DNA from: a virus
Taxonomy: Duplodnaviria; Caudoviricetes
DNA: 64,000 bases
IMG/VR virus record: IMGVR_UViG_2695420662_000003
Location: 32,001 to 96,000 of that record
Strand: one strand, 5' to 3'
The notes beneath the pieces were generated by a model. That model was not told where the DNA came from, ran no database searches, and saw only the letters and a list, made by a program, of their open reading frames with translations. The position numbers and the translations under genes are program-made. Shown here piece by piece: positions 20,589 through 32,017 of the stretch. Position 1 is the stretch's first letter. Each line of letters opens with the position of its first letter.

Positions 20589-23500
20589 CTATATTTTATT
20601 TACTTTTAAATCATCCTTTATTAAAAACTCCCTTATTTCATTGCAAGTTCCATAATAATCTTTCCCTGCTATCATTGCTCCATGAAGTGTATCATTTGGT
20701 CTAAAAGGTTCTTTTATTCTTGTTTTTAACTCATCTATTAATTCTATTAAATCCCAATTTTGATAATCATATCCTTCTACGTATTGACGTCTCATATTTT
20801 AACCCCTCCATATGTACATAAAATTTATTTTTTATCATATTTATCTTCAAATTCTATAACCGAAAGTAAACAAGATATTTTACCTTTGGCACTATGTAAA
20901 CTTTTAATGGAATTTTCCCCTGAACACCATACGTCATTTAAATCACTCATTATCGACTGTAATATACATTTAACTGAATTTTCATTTACTCTCATTTTTT
21001 CTCCTGTTTTCACCAATAAAAAGATTATTTTATTTATTGTTATGATTTATTTATTTTGTCTTAATATAGTTCTATATTTTAAACATTTTTTAAGAAGTCT
21101 ATCAAAATTTTTACCTTTTCCTATACAAGAACACCCTTCTTGTTGTTTTTTATCTATTACAAACGATAACTCCTCCTCTGCTAATAAAACACTTATCATT
21201 TTTTGACCATTTATTTCTTTTATTCTATCCATAATATTACCTCTGCTTTTTTATTTTTTCTTCTTCATATTTAAACTGTTCTAAATACTCTTTGCTTAAA
21301 GGCTTCTTCATAATTTAACTCCTTTCGATAAAAATTATATTTTATTACCTGGTAAAACTTTTAAAATCTTTACATGACTCAGAAAAATAATCCATATGAG
21401 AATTACATTTATTACACCATTCGGCCTGGTAATTATCACAAGTTCCACAGATAGCACTTTCATCATAAACCTTAGATTCTTTTATTTCTAAGATATATAT
21501 TTCTCCTATTATATTGTCATTTATCCACTCATATAACTCTTCTTCTGAATTAAGTTCAACTTCAAATTCTTCTGAACCTCCCATAAACTCATATTTCCTA
21601 TATTTTAATGTAAATAGTGTCTTATAATGCTTAAAATACTTTAATTCATCTTTTTTAAATCTCATATTTACCTCCTTTCTAAATAAATACTATCTTTTAT
21701 GATTGTTCTAAATATTGATTATAAATCCTATTCTCACATTCTTGACATAGTCCTTGATGTAAAAGATAGTAGCGATAATCTAATTCTTCTCCGCAAATAT
21801 CACAATATTTCATTTCTTTCATTTTTATATCCTCCTATTGAATGAATTCCAATTTTCATCTAATTCATACTCTGGACAAAAATTCTCATTTTCTTTTATT
21901 ATATCATCGGCTCTTTGGGGTAAAGTAAAACCATGACATATTATTAATCCTGTAGATGTCATATATCTTCCATTTTTACAATTATAACATTTTTGATTAT
22001 ACATAACTCCTCCTATTAGTAAATGAAAGTTCTATTTTATTTAAAATACTTTTCATAATCCTTTGTTGTTGCGTCTATATTATTTATATCTAAATCATCA
22101 TCCCATTCAAATTCTACAGTCTCACTATTACCAACGTGATATATGCAATCTGTACGATCTGCTAAATAGTTTATAAAACTATCGACTGTCTCAAATTGAT
22201 TATTATAATCCACTATATACAACTCTATTTTATGTAATTTTTCCATATGTACCTCCGCTTAAATATATTACCTTTTATACATCCATCTTTTCTATGCTAA
22301 TTATTCTATCTATATTTAACACTATCTCGCTATTGTCTTGATCTCCAGTTAACACAATGAATTTATTTCCTATATATATTTTTTTTAATAAATTCATCAA
22401 CAGTTTTATAATTTCCTATATGAACTGCTGTTACACCATCCGTAAGCGCTATTTTTAATTTCATGTTACTTCCTCCTTGAATTATTTTTTAATTTTATAC
22501 TTATACTTTAAATTTTCCAATATATAATCAAATATTACTTCTTCCATGTATCTTCTTCTATCGTCTTCACTCATATCTTCAAATTCATTATCATCTATTT
22601 TCATTTTAAATTTTTTGAATTCTCCAACTGAATACCCCATACAATTTATAGTGAATTCTATATTCATATTAGTCCTCCTTATAAAATCATCATTTTATCC
22701 TTATATATTCTCTGTATTATCGCATTTGTTGCACATAACGTAATATCCATTTGTAGTAAGATATTCATCTTCTCCGTCCCAACCCCAATCAAAGTCTTCT
22801 TTAACACTTACATCTCTACTTCCACAATTTAAACATTCTATTTTGAAATTCTCCAATACAATTACCTCCAACTTGAAAATACTATTTTATCTAAGTTTCT
22901 TACCACACATTGGGCAAAAATTTATCATCTTACCATACAAACTGTCATCTTCCCCACCTCTTTTATTTTCCTCCAAGTAACTACAAGTGTTTATTTTTAT
23001 CATGTGATTATTTTTTATTCCGTATAACAGTGGTTTTCTTTCTGTCCATCTCCCATTACAATATTTGCAACCGTCATAGTCTAGATTTTTTAAATATATT
23101 ATAAGATCTTTCATATACTTAATTCTGTCTCCAAAGTTTTCATTAAATTTCTTTATATTAACACTTTTACTCCTTTTTATATTTAATCTCCCTAATTCAT
23201 CTTCCAATAAGGCTATCATAAAGTTTACCTGTTCCCTATTCATATTTCACCCCTTATTTATTCCCTATAAGTATCATATATTTCTATAATCTTAGTTATA
23301 TCTTTATCCAGTTCATAATTTATATGATCTAACTCACAAGTTATATTTTCTATTACCAAACGACCCACCGCATCACTTAATCTGTCTAACTCTTCAACAT
23401 TTCTAATTTCTATTATCGACAATACATGTTCCTCATCATAATAGTCTTTTACGTGTATATATAACATATTGAAATCCGATAACTCATTTTTATATTCTCT

Positions 23501-23765
23501 TATATCTTTGTTATAAGTTCTCTTTAATAAATACCTCATGTTATCCTCCTAATTAGAATATTAGATGCCATAATGCTCTTAATGTTCTTTTCCATTCGCC
23601 GTTTTTATTTAACTCAAATCCATCTATAAAAACTTTTCCATTTATTGTAGTGATAGAAACCCCTTTCATGCCCTTAACCCAAGGATATTCTATACCGTTT
23701 ATTGCAGTAATTCTTCTATTACTATTTGTAACCACTGAAACTTCATTACTCTTTTGATCGTTCAT
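20589..23765 (-). other. Run of very small co-oriented hypothetical genes (20589..20795, 20825..21016, 21047..21232, 21345..21665, 22037..22246, 22482..22667, 22887..23243, 23258..23539, 23553..23765 and shorter ones)
   Basis: ORF track plus RBSs; many Cys-rich zinc-finger-like peptides; separated by the 18-bp sites. Confidence 0.7.
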
Positions 23766-23786
23766 AAAATCCTCCTAATAAAAATG

Positions 23787-24305
23787 TTATTTTATTGACC
23801 ATCTAGATTTTGGTTTTAATGGTGGTAAATTCAAATGTCTCCACACTCTATTCGTAACTAACTGGGAAACAAATGATGGGTTAACATTATATTCCTCAGC
23901 TATATCTTTATATCTCATTTTTCCTTCTTTGCATTTATTATAAATTTCCATAACAATATCTTCATCAAGTTTACTCATATAACAACTTTCTCCGGATCTT
24001 TTCTTTAGTCTCTTTGCTTCATGTTGTTGATTTTCTTTCTTAGTTACCCATTCTAAATTATCAACTCTATTATTAGTTTTATCTCCGTCTATATGATTTA
24101 CCTCTGGTTTATTCTCTGGATTAGGTATAAATACTGTGGCTACTATCCTATGAAGCCCTCTAATTATCCCAAGATTTCCACCATTTATCATTGTAGTAAC
24201 ATACCCACTTTTTGATGGTTTTGTACTTAAATATTCTCCTTTTTTATTTATAACCTTTCCATAATTAGAAACTTTATAGCCATTAATTTCTCTCCATTCT
24301 TCCAA
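23787..24305 (-). CDS. NUMOD4-HNH homing endonuclease
   Basis: EEWR..YKVSNYG, LHRIVA..F, VNHIDGDKTNNRVDNLEW. Confidence 0.92.
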   Translation of the reverse strand: MEEWREINGYKVSNYGKVINKKGEYLSTKPSKSGYVTTMINGGNLGIIRGLHRIVATVFIPNPENKPEVNHIDGDKTNNRVDNLEWVTKKENQQHEAKRLKKRSGESCYMSKLDEDIVMEIYNKCKEGKMRYKDIAEEYNVNPSFVSQLVTNRVWRHLNLPPLKPKSRWSIK

Positions 24306-24350
24306 TTTTATTTACCTCCTTAAATTCGTACTTAAAATTCTAATTTTATT

Positions 24351-24629
24351 CTAATATATTTCAAATTCTTCGCCACAATCTAAGCATCTACCATATTTTT
24401 GACCACCATGATAGTATTTTTCATAGTTTAAACACTCACATCCAACTTCCTCTACACTCTCTTTAATAAAACTACCCTTTCCACCTATTACCTTTGCACA
24501 AAAAGTTTTTTCTATATTATCTGATATTTCATCTTCCACTTGATTTAAAAAACTGCTCCAACTATCAACTATAACATCTTCGTTTACTAATATTTTTGTA
24601 GTTATCTCCAATCCAACTATCTTTTTCAT
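24351..24629 (-). CDS. Hypothetical protein with C-terminal Cys motif
   Basis: 92-aa ORF with GGAGG RBS. Confidence 0.6.
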   Translation of the reverse strand: MKKIVGLEITTKILVNEDVIVDSWSSFLNQVEDEISDNIEKTFCAKVIGGKGSFIKESVEEVGCECLNYEKYYHGGQKYGRCLDCGEEFEIY

Positions 24630-24792
24630 GCTATTTATCCTCCAATATATCTTTTATTAAATTATCACAATCTTTTATGAATTTTTCTTTTGCTTTATGA
24701 GTATATACATCCACATAATTATCAAGTCTTAGCCCATCTCTTTTTATTTTCTCTATTCTATCTATAAGTTCTCGTTTATACATATTTTCCAC

Positions 24793-25005
24793 CTACCAAC
24801 TATAATCATATTTTATTTTTGCTGCTTTAAAAACATATATTATTTTATTTTCCTCTTTTAAAATTTGCATACATTTACAATGTGTTTTATTATTTAATAT
24901 TATTTCATCGCCAGGTTCATATTCGTAGTTCTTTCTCGTTCTCATATCCTCTACTTCTCCAGGTGTTATTATTCTTATATATTTTTCCATATTATTTCTC
25001 TCCAT
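24793..25005 (-). CDS. Hypothetical phage protein
   Basis: 70-aa ORF. Confidence 0.55.
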   Translation of the reverse strand: MERNNMEKYIRIITPGEVEDMRTRKNYEYEPGDEIILNNKTHCKCMQILKEENKIIYVFKAAKIKYDYSW

Positions 25006-25224
25006 ACACTTTTTACATTTTTATTTTATTTTATTTTTAAATTTCTCTCTTCCTGGTAAATATTTATTAAAACCTTTCACCTCATCAAATTCACAATTTA
25101 ATACTGCAAATCCAAGCCTAACTACTTCTCCATTGTAGAATACACACTTGCTGCCACTCATAGTTATTAAAGCGTGTGGTATTTGTGATTCATAATCTGT
25201 ACCCCAATAAAATTTATCTTTTAT

Positions 25225-25686
25225 CTACATTTCTCTCAACAATTTATTTAATTCTTTTACTACCGCTCTATGTTTTTTGTTTGCATCTCTTATTGCTGCT
25301 TTTGCTTTTATAACATCTTGTTTCTTAAGGCATAAATCTAAACCATAATCCAAATTAAAAATATCTTCATCTAAACATACCGATCTAACCTTTTTACCTT
25401 TTTCAATTAATTCTATCGTTTTTCCATTTGTTCTATATGCAAACGTCCTGTTCTCATAATTAGGATCATTTAAGTGTCTTTTCCATTCGCCCCAAACCAA
25501 AGGTTTCTCTTCTACTTTTTCAAAGTATTTTTCAAACTCATCATATGACATTATTCCAGTTCCATAATTTGATGATATTGTAATAGTACCTAATTCATTC
25601 ACTCCTGTTATTTCAAATATATCTCCTATTTTATCAAAACCTCCTATAGCTTTTATTAATTTTATCTTATCTCCCTTTATTAACAT
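25225..25686 (-). CDS. Hypothetical phage protein
   Basis: 153-aa ORF overlapping the stop of the PcfJ-like gene. Confidence 0.7.
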   Translation of the reverse strand: MLIKGDKIKLIKAIGGFDKIGDIFEITGVNELGTITISSNYGTGIMSYDEFEKYFEKVEEKPLVWGEWKRHLNDPNYENRTFAYRTNGKTIELIEKGKKVRSVCLDEDIFNLDYGLDLCLKKQDVIKAKAAIRDANKKHRAVVKELNKLLREM

Positions 25687-26831
25687 ACCTTCTTCATCCT
25701 TTCTAATCTATTATTATATTTATCTATTGCTTCTTGTTCTTCATCTGTTAAACTTCTATTAAATTTACCTAACGCCTGAACTACCTTTCCACCTTTAACT
25801 TCAACCGTAACCAGACTTTTCTCTTTACTATCTTTTCTTCTTAAAAATAATATGTGGCACTCCCCGTCTATAACTTTTTGTATATACGATGCCACGCAGT
25901 TATTTTGTTGTACTGCTTCATCTTTTATTTCATTTGTATTTTCTGGGTACATTAATACATATTTTTTGTATGTATATTCCATAGTTTTATCTATTCTTCT
26001 TTTAAAAGCATCTTCTTTAAATTTAGTTCTTAACCTTATGTAATTCCTAGATGCTATTCTATGTGTAGTTAAAAAGTTCTTAGGATATTTTTCATATTTA
26101 TCACTGATGGAACTCATCATATTAACATAGTCATGTACTTCTACTATCAATCTTTTAAACCCTTCGATGGCCTCATAAGTCATCAAATTATCTAAATATG
26201 TAAGTAATGCTTGTGGTTTATAATTATGGTTATCAACCAATCTGAAGAAGCATCTTTTATAGTTGTCTTCCCACCTTTTATCCTGATCATATGTAAGTAT
26301 ATCTAAAATATCTCTGCGATTTAATGTATTAAATTCTATCTCTAGTAATCTAAACATATTTGGTCTGGTCATAAACGCTTTTATCATTCTATTTTCTAGT
26401 TTTATATTCTGTTCTCTGCAAAATTTTATTAAGCCTTTAGGGATATCTTTGAACTCAGAATGTATAGGGTAATCTACCTTTGTTAATCCAGATGAAAATA
26501 ATTGTTCATATTTAGAATATTCATTTATTCTTTTTAAGAAAGTTCCTATATTTTTAACCTTTTCTACTCTTCTGTTTCCATATCCATATCTTTGGTCTGT
26601 GCTTCTATTGACACAGCCATCTACAAATTCTAAAAAAAATCTATATTTTATATCCTGAAATGAATTTATTACATCTAATAGATTATATCCTCTAAGTTGT
26701 GTACATACATCTTTTACTGGCCTTCCGAGTTTTCCGATACATTCATGTGTTGCTAAATTGTATTTTACATTTTTACCATCTTCAAATTCAAATACTAAGA
26801 ATTGTTTTTCTTTATATGCTTTCATATTCAA
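25680..26831 (-). CDS. PcfJ-like domain protein
   Basis: C-terminal EA.QQNNCVASY..V..G.C.ILFLR...SLVTVEV....QALG..NR. Confidence 0.85.
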   Translation of the reverse strand: MNMKAYKEKQFLVFEFEDGKNVKYNLATHECIGKLGRPVKDVCTQLRGYNLLDVINSFQDIKYRFFLEFVDGCVNRSTDQRYGYGNRRVEKVKNIGTFLKRINEYSKYEQLFSSGLTKVDYPIHSEFKDIPKGLIKFCREQNIKLENRMIKAFMTRPNMFRLLEIEFNTLNRRDILDILTYDQDKRWEDNYKRCFFRLVDNHNYKPQALLTYLDNLMTYEAIEGFKRLIVEVHDYVNMMSSISDKYEKYPKNFLTTHRIASRNYIRLRTKFKEDAFKRRIDKTMEYTYKKYVLMYPENTNEIKDEAVQQNNCVASYIQKVIDGECHILFLRRKDSKEKSLVTVEVKGGKVVQALGKFNRSLTDEEQEAIDKYNNRLERMKKVC

Positions 26832-26860
26832 TTTTAATCTCTCCCATATGTACTTATTTA

Positions 26861-28676
26861 TTATATTATTGCATCTAGCAGTTGCTCTGAGTTCTCTTTA
26901 AAACAATTTATACCATCTGCTAACAACATTAATTCTCTACTTGCCTCAAGATCTAACTTATTTATTTTCTCAATATCTTCATCAACTAAATTTAGTTTAC
27001 TCAGCTCTATGATACCTTTTGTTAGGTCGTTACAAGCATTATATATCTTGTTATATATTGGTAATATTTCGCTCATTCTAGTTTCTTCTAATCTCATTAT
27101 TCAATTCTCCTTCATATGTACTTGATAACTAACTTGTTATCTTAATTTAATTATATTATATGTATATTTCAATGTCAATACTTTTATATGAACTTATCAT
27201 ATTTTTTATTTTTCTAAATCTTTTATTTTAGAACATATCAATTCTGCATTATGAATATCCTCTAGATATGTTTCAAAATATTCTACTATCTCACTAACAT
27301 CTTTTTCTTCTTGTAATACAACTGTCATATTTATATTAAAATTCTTCATTTTCCAAATTATCTCCTTTTTATTTTATTAAAGTAACAATGAAAATCTTAT
27401 TTTATTGCTTTCTTTTATATTTTCCTTTTTAATTCTTTATATGTGCATTTGGAGTAATCAAACACTTATATCCCTCCCTAGTTCTCTCAATCCTTCCCAG
27501 ACTATTGAATTATATTCTTCAAAATCCTCTTTTCTCTGTTGTTCTAATTCATCCATTAAATCTTTTTCACACTTTAAACACATTCCGTCAATATTAATTA
27601 ACTCCTTAATTTCTCCACAAAATATACATTTACACTTCATAACTATACCTTTCTAATTCAAAGCCTTTAAATCCTTAAAATATTCATTTGTAATATTATT
27701 TGCTAATAAATCCAAAATCTTAACAAAATCATATTCTTTAAGTTTTCGCATAGCTAAATCTTTCGGGGCAAGCCAATATTCCGAACAATAACCATTGAAT
27801 TTCAATCTTAATCTTATGTCAATTGTTCCAAAATCACTATGATCAATCATTTCTAAATGTTTGTATTTATTACTAAATTCTCTTAAGGCACTTATATTAT
27901 CTAATAAAAACATTTAAGCCTCCTTTTAATATTTAATTATATCACTAACCCACATTTTACCTTCTACACTATGTGTATCCCAATTAAAATCTCCAATACT
28001 CCATTTACACACAAATTCTGCTATGTTTATATCTGTTATTCTATCTTTCAATATGTATCTTTTAAAATCATCCTCATATGTACATTCTATCCATTTATTG
28101 CTGCTATTAAGCAAGTCTATCGTTTGTTCTATATCCATAGACTTATCATAACCTTCTATACAGTATAACAAATCTTTTATTTTATCTTCTACTACTGTTA
28201 TTTCTTTATTAATAAACTCTTTCATAAGTGACATCATTCTTCTATCACCTCGATTTCAGCATCAGTTACACCAAGTTCATCAAGATACCGAAGACCTTGA
28301 TCTAAGCAGTGTAACTGATTTATTCCATTTACAATTATATAATTGTTTTTATCTTCTAATATGTACACAATCTTACATTTCATAATGTAAATCGCCCCTT
28401 TTATTTAAATCTAGCGTTTATCCTTTTTAATTGTTCTTCTACTGTAATTCCTGTATCTTCTTCTTTTTTCATATATCTTAAGAATTCTAATACTTTATCC
28501 AAATTCACTGTTGCTAAAACTTTTTCACTACTTCCTGACTTTGATTTTACAAGTTTTCCATTTATTTTAGATGGTAAAGAAATTAACATGGCTTTATTAG
28601 TATCGTCCTCTGATTTTATTGCATAACGTTTGCCATTGTCTAATTCATAGAACTTTATTGTTTTTTCTGTTTTCAT
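26861..28676 (-). other. Cluster of small hypothetical genes (26861..27097, 27458..27640, 27653..27913, 27926..28237, 28401..28676)
   Basis: ORF track and RBSs. Confidence 0.6.
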
Positions 28677-29046
28677 TTTTTACACTCCCTGTATATGTAA
28701 GTTTATTATAACTAAATAATATCATACTTTCTCATATATATCAAGTGTTTATCAAAATATTTTTTATCTTTTGTATATTTAATTTTAATCATATGTACTA
28801 ATAATTTATTTTCTAATTTCAATTACTTTATCATTCTCTAACTTAACCAATATTCTTCTTCCTGCTAATGTTATTGCAGTCCATACATTTTTATACTGGC
28901 GCTCTAACAATCTACACATTCCCATATTTTCAATCTCGCTTGTTAAGATCCTCATATCACTCATATTCAATTCTCCCTAACATAAATTTTAAAGGTGTGA
29001 ATATAAGTTTATGCCGTAGATCCACACCATAATTACCATAAGAATA

Positions 29047-29697
29047 CTATTTTCGTTTATCTATCTTCTTAATTAATCTATCTATTCTCTTCTGACAATC
29101 GTCATTCCACCCTTCTTCTAATGCCTTTTGAGTTAATTCTAATGCTTTATCATATTCTTTTCTTTTTTCATATATTATCGCTAATTGCTTATATCCTGTA
29201 TGCGAAGGTAGTTCTTTAAAATATTTACATTTTTCAAATGCTATTTTACTTTGATTAGATATATTTATTTGTTTCTCACAGTATTCTATCGCTCTATCTA
29301 GTGCATCTGTATAATTGTCTCTATTTTTATATAAAACTCTTATACAATTCAAATAAAAGAAATGCACGTCTAATATATCTTTTGTTTCTTTTATATTATC
29401 TTCTCCAAGTTGTATAATCTTTAATGCTATATTATATCTATCTACATCTTTAAACCAACCCACTAATCCACCTATAAATGCTAGTTTTGATGCGGATGTA
29501 TAACTTATACTCCCCTTATCAATTATTATATCTTCTCCAGATGATGTAATTGGAGTATATGTTTCTCTAATAATTCTTCTTTCATTATCATTTAATTCCT
29601 TGAGCCACCAATCCTCAAGATTATAATACTTAATCCATCCTCCAACTTTTATTTTCTCATTCCCTTGGTAAATACCCTTTGAAAATATCTTACTCAC
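29047..29697 (-). CDS. TPR-like helical repeat protein
   Basis: AIEYCEKQI, GYKQLAIIYEK..EYDKAL helical repeats. Confidence 0.7.
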   Translation of the reverse strand: MSKIFSKGIYQGNEKIKVGGWIKYYNLEDWWLKELNDNERRIIRETYTPITSSGEDIIIDKGSISYTSASKLAFIGGLVGWFKDVDRYNIALKIIQLGEDNIKETKDILDVHFFYLNCIRVLYKNRDNYTDALDRAIEYCEKQINISNQSKIAFEKCKYFKELPSHTGYKQLAIIYEKRKEYDKALELTQKALEEGWNDDCQKRIDRLIKKIDKRK

Positions 29698-29722
29698 CCC
29701 TTAAAACTATTCTTTTATTTGA

Positions 29723-29953
29723 TTAATTTAAAGTGGTCATTTCTTTTAATTTATTTTCAACTTTTATAACCTTAACTTTTAATTTATTTATTTCATTAGC
29801 ATTGCTCTCACTTAATATCTCTAATGTTTCAAATCCGTCATTCATTTTGTATTCCATTTTATTTAATCTTTTATTTATATCTTTTACTTCTGATTGAACT
29901 TCCTTTAAATCCTTTTGCATATCTAAAAGTATTTCTAATATTTTATTGTCCAT
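29723..29953 (-). CDS. Small coiled-coil protein
   Basis: Heptad pattern, AGGAGG RBS. Confidence 0.65.
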   Translation of the reverse strand: MDNKILEILLDMQKDLKEVQSEVKDINKRLNKMEYKMNDGFETLEILSESNANEINKLKVKVIKVENKLKEMTTLN

Positions 29954-30036
29954 ATTCTAACCTCCTAAAGTTATTATCTAACTATTATAACATAACTTAA
30001 TTGCTGTTGGTGTTAAAATCGTGATTTCATGTACCA

Positions 30037-30252
30037 TTATACCTTTTCTACTATTACATCAACTCTACATCCATGTTTATTTGCAGCAATATGATTAAAC
30101 AGTACTACATGATTAATCTTTATAACTTTATATTCCTTGTTTAAAACCATTATACACTCTTCAACTCTTGGTATAAAATCTGATTCATATTGAGTCAGAA
30201 AACTATCTCCTTTTGAATTACGTAAAAAAACTTTAATCACTTTCAATCTCAC
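30037..30252 (-). CDS. Hypothetical phage protein
   Basis: 71-aa ORF with upstream promoter and operator. Confidence 0.55.
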   Translation of the reverse strand: MRLKVIKVFLRNSKGDSFLTQYESDFIPRVEECIMVLNKEYKVIKINHVVLFNHIAANKHGCRVDVIVEKV

Positions 30253-30527
30253 CTCTATTTTTAATTTATTGCCTCTTTACACTAATTATTATATGATAAG
30301 TTCATATATTTGTAAACTTATTTTTGAAGTTTTTTATATAAAGTTTTCGACAAAATATAAATAAAATCACACTTTCATGTATTAAAATAAACCTGGACTA
30401 TCAATTCTTACAAATTAATGCAAGAATAATGAAGTAGATAATCCAGGTTTATTTATTATGTTATTCACAACTTGAGAGATTCTCATTATAATTTTAATAT
30501 ATTTCTATATTGTATGTCAATTTATAT

Positions 30528-31292
30528 TTATTTATTAAAGAATTTTCCTGTTTCAGCACTGAAGTATATAGCCTTCTTGTTCCCACCATAACTATAAATT
30601 TGATTACAGATTAAACTTAAATATTCCTTAGATGTAGCACATTGCTTTAATTGAAAACTATTTGTTTCTAATTTACTTTCCATAATTTTTTGATCATAAT
30701 CAGATCTAGTGTATAGTTTTAAGAATGCAGATATAAAATTGGATTTTTTATAATGCTTGCTAAACTCTCCAATATTGAATTTTTCTAATGCTAATAAGAA
30801 TTTTACAACTTTCTCTTTTTCATCTAAAACAAAGTTTCCATTTCTGAAATTCTTTTTAAATATTGATGTTTTTTCACCTTGTAGAGTACAGAAAATTTTC
30901 ATCATTTCACTCACTGCGATTCCATATACTTGACACATATTTCTAAAATCTACGTAATCTTCATTCCCCAATTCAACGTGTTGTATTAGGAAGTCTTCAT
31001 TTGTCCATTTTTTACTTCCGTTCGTATTTGCTAATAAAACCTGGTTTATTCCATAATCTTCTTGCATTATATAATATATTGGCAATCCTAATTCTTTTGC
31101 AGCAGTGTATCTGTGTTGTCCATCAACGATTCCGCAAGAAGAATTGACAACTATAGGAATGACAAGTTGTTCCTTTTGCATACTTTCTTTTATTTTATCT
31201 ACATTCGCCCTATCTATTTCTCTATTTCCACGTAAAAAACTGAATAAATCATAATCTTTTGTTGCTAATACATCACATATTTTCTTAGCCAT
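30528..31292 (-). CDS. ParB/Srx N-terminal domain protein
   Basis: GNR.ID, PIVVN...IVDGQHRYTAAKELG. Confidence 0.8.
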   Translation of the reverse strand: MAKKICDVLATKDYDLFSFLRGNREIDRANVDKIKESMQKEQLVIPIVVNSSCGIVDGQHRYTAAKELGLPIYYIMQEDYGINQVLLANTNGSKKWTNEDFLIQHVELGNEDYVDFRNMCQVYGIAVSEMMKIFCTLQGEKTSIFKKNFRNGNFVLDEKEKVVKFLLALEKFNIGEFSKHYKKSNFISAFLKLYTRSDYDQKIMESKLETNSFQLKQCATSKEYLSLICNQIYSYGGNKKAIYFSAETGKFFNK

Positions 31293-31297
31293 AGTCT

Positions 31298-31762
31298 CTA
31301 TTCTCCTTTATTTTTATTTTCTATATAATAATTTCGGTTACATTCCTTGCACCAAGATTGACCTTTGCTAAATTCAGTTATAGGTTTTTCTTTTCCACAC
31401 TTCGGACATGTTTTTAATTCAATTATCTTTTCCGGAGATTTTCTTTTGTGCTTCTTTTGGCATTCAATACAATTACTTGCTAACCCATCAGGTTTAGTTT
31501 TATTTTTGTAAAATAGTGATTTATGTAAGATACTATCACATTTTTTGCAATATTTATGTGTTTCTGGAATTTTGCTTTCGTCCACCCATGTAGCCCCAAT
31601 TTGTCGTGCTTTATTTGTTACTTGATTTCTTGTAAACCCCAATATATCTGCAAGTTCATTTATCGTGTACTCATGTGTCTTATAAACTTGCTTTAACATT
31701 GCTATTTTTTCGTCCGTCCATTTTGACAATCGTATCACTCCTCTAGTTCTTATCATTTTCAA
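31298..31762 (-). CDS. HTH plus zinc-finger protein
   Basis: WT.E.I..L...INELADILG HTH; two CxxC...F..CxxC repeats. Confidence 0.65.
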   Translation of the reverse strand: MKMIRTRGVIRLSKWTDEKIAMLKQVYKTHEYTINELADILGFTRNQVTNKARQIGATWVDESKIPETHKYCKKCDSILHKSLFYKNKTKPDGLASNCIECQKKHKRKSPEKIIELKTCPKCGKEKPITEFSKGQSWCKECNRNYYIENKNKGE

Positions 31763-32017
31763 TTTTGTTTGAAATATGTATTCGAGATTTTTTATTTTCG
31801 GTCACAAAATCTTGAGTGAATAAATCTTATGGTTTGATTATACAAAATTGATTTTTAAGTGTCAATAGTTTTTATTTTGGTTTTATTTTTAAAAAAGGAC
31901 AGAACAGGACAGTATATCTTTTCTTGTCTTTCCTGTATTTAAAAGAAAAGTATTTAAAAGCATTTAAAAGCATTTAGGACATATTGTGATTAGGTGATTG
32001 CAATGGATTCAGCGATT

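Larger units (their letters stand above)
12622..30378. repeat. Dispersed 18-bp palindromic junction sites WTRAAA-N6-TTTYAT (about 26 copies)
   Basis: Copies starting at 12622,13191,13443,15126,15882,16369,16962,17111,17662,20582,20818,21016,21328,21683,21842,22023,22681,22873,23778,24332,25207,27388,29038(degenerate),29701,30013,30361; nearly all at gene boundaries; a few have one arm mismatch. Confidence 0.9.

Noticed and set aside
22261-22278. Extra junction-site candidates at 22261 and 24640
   Set aside because: Only the TTTTAT arm matches; not counted, though they may be decayed sites
12622-30378. Junction sites as classical integron attC or as terminators
   Set aside because: No GTTRRRY boxes or long imperfect hairpin; arms are only 6 bp of A/T, too weak for intrinsic terminators; the recombinase shows no evident IntI-specific insertion
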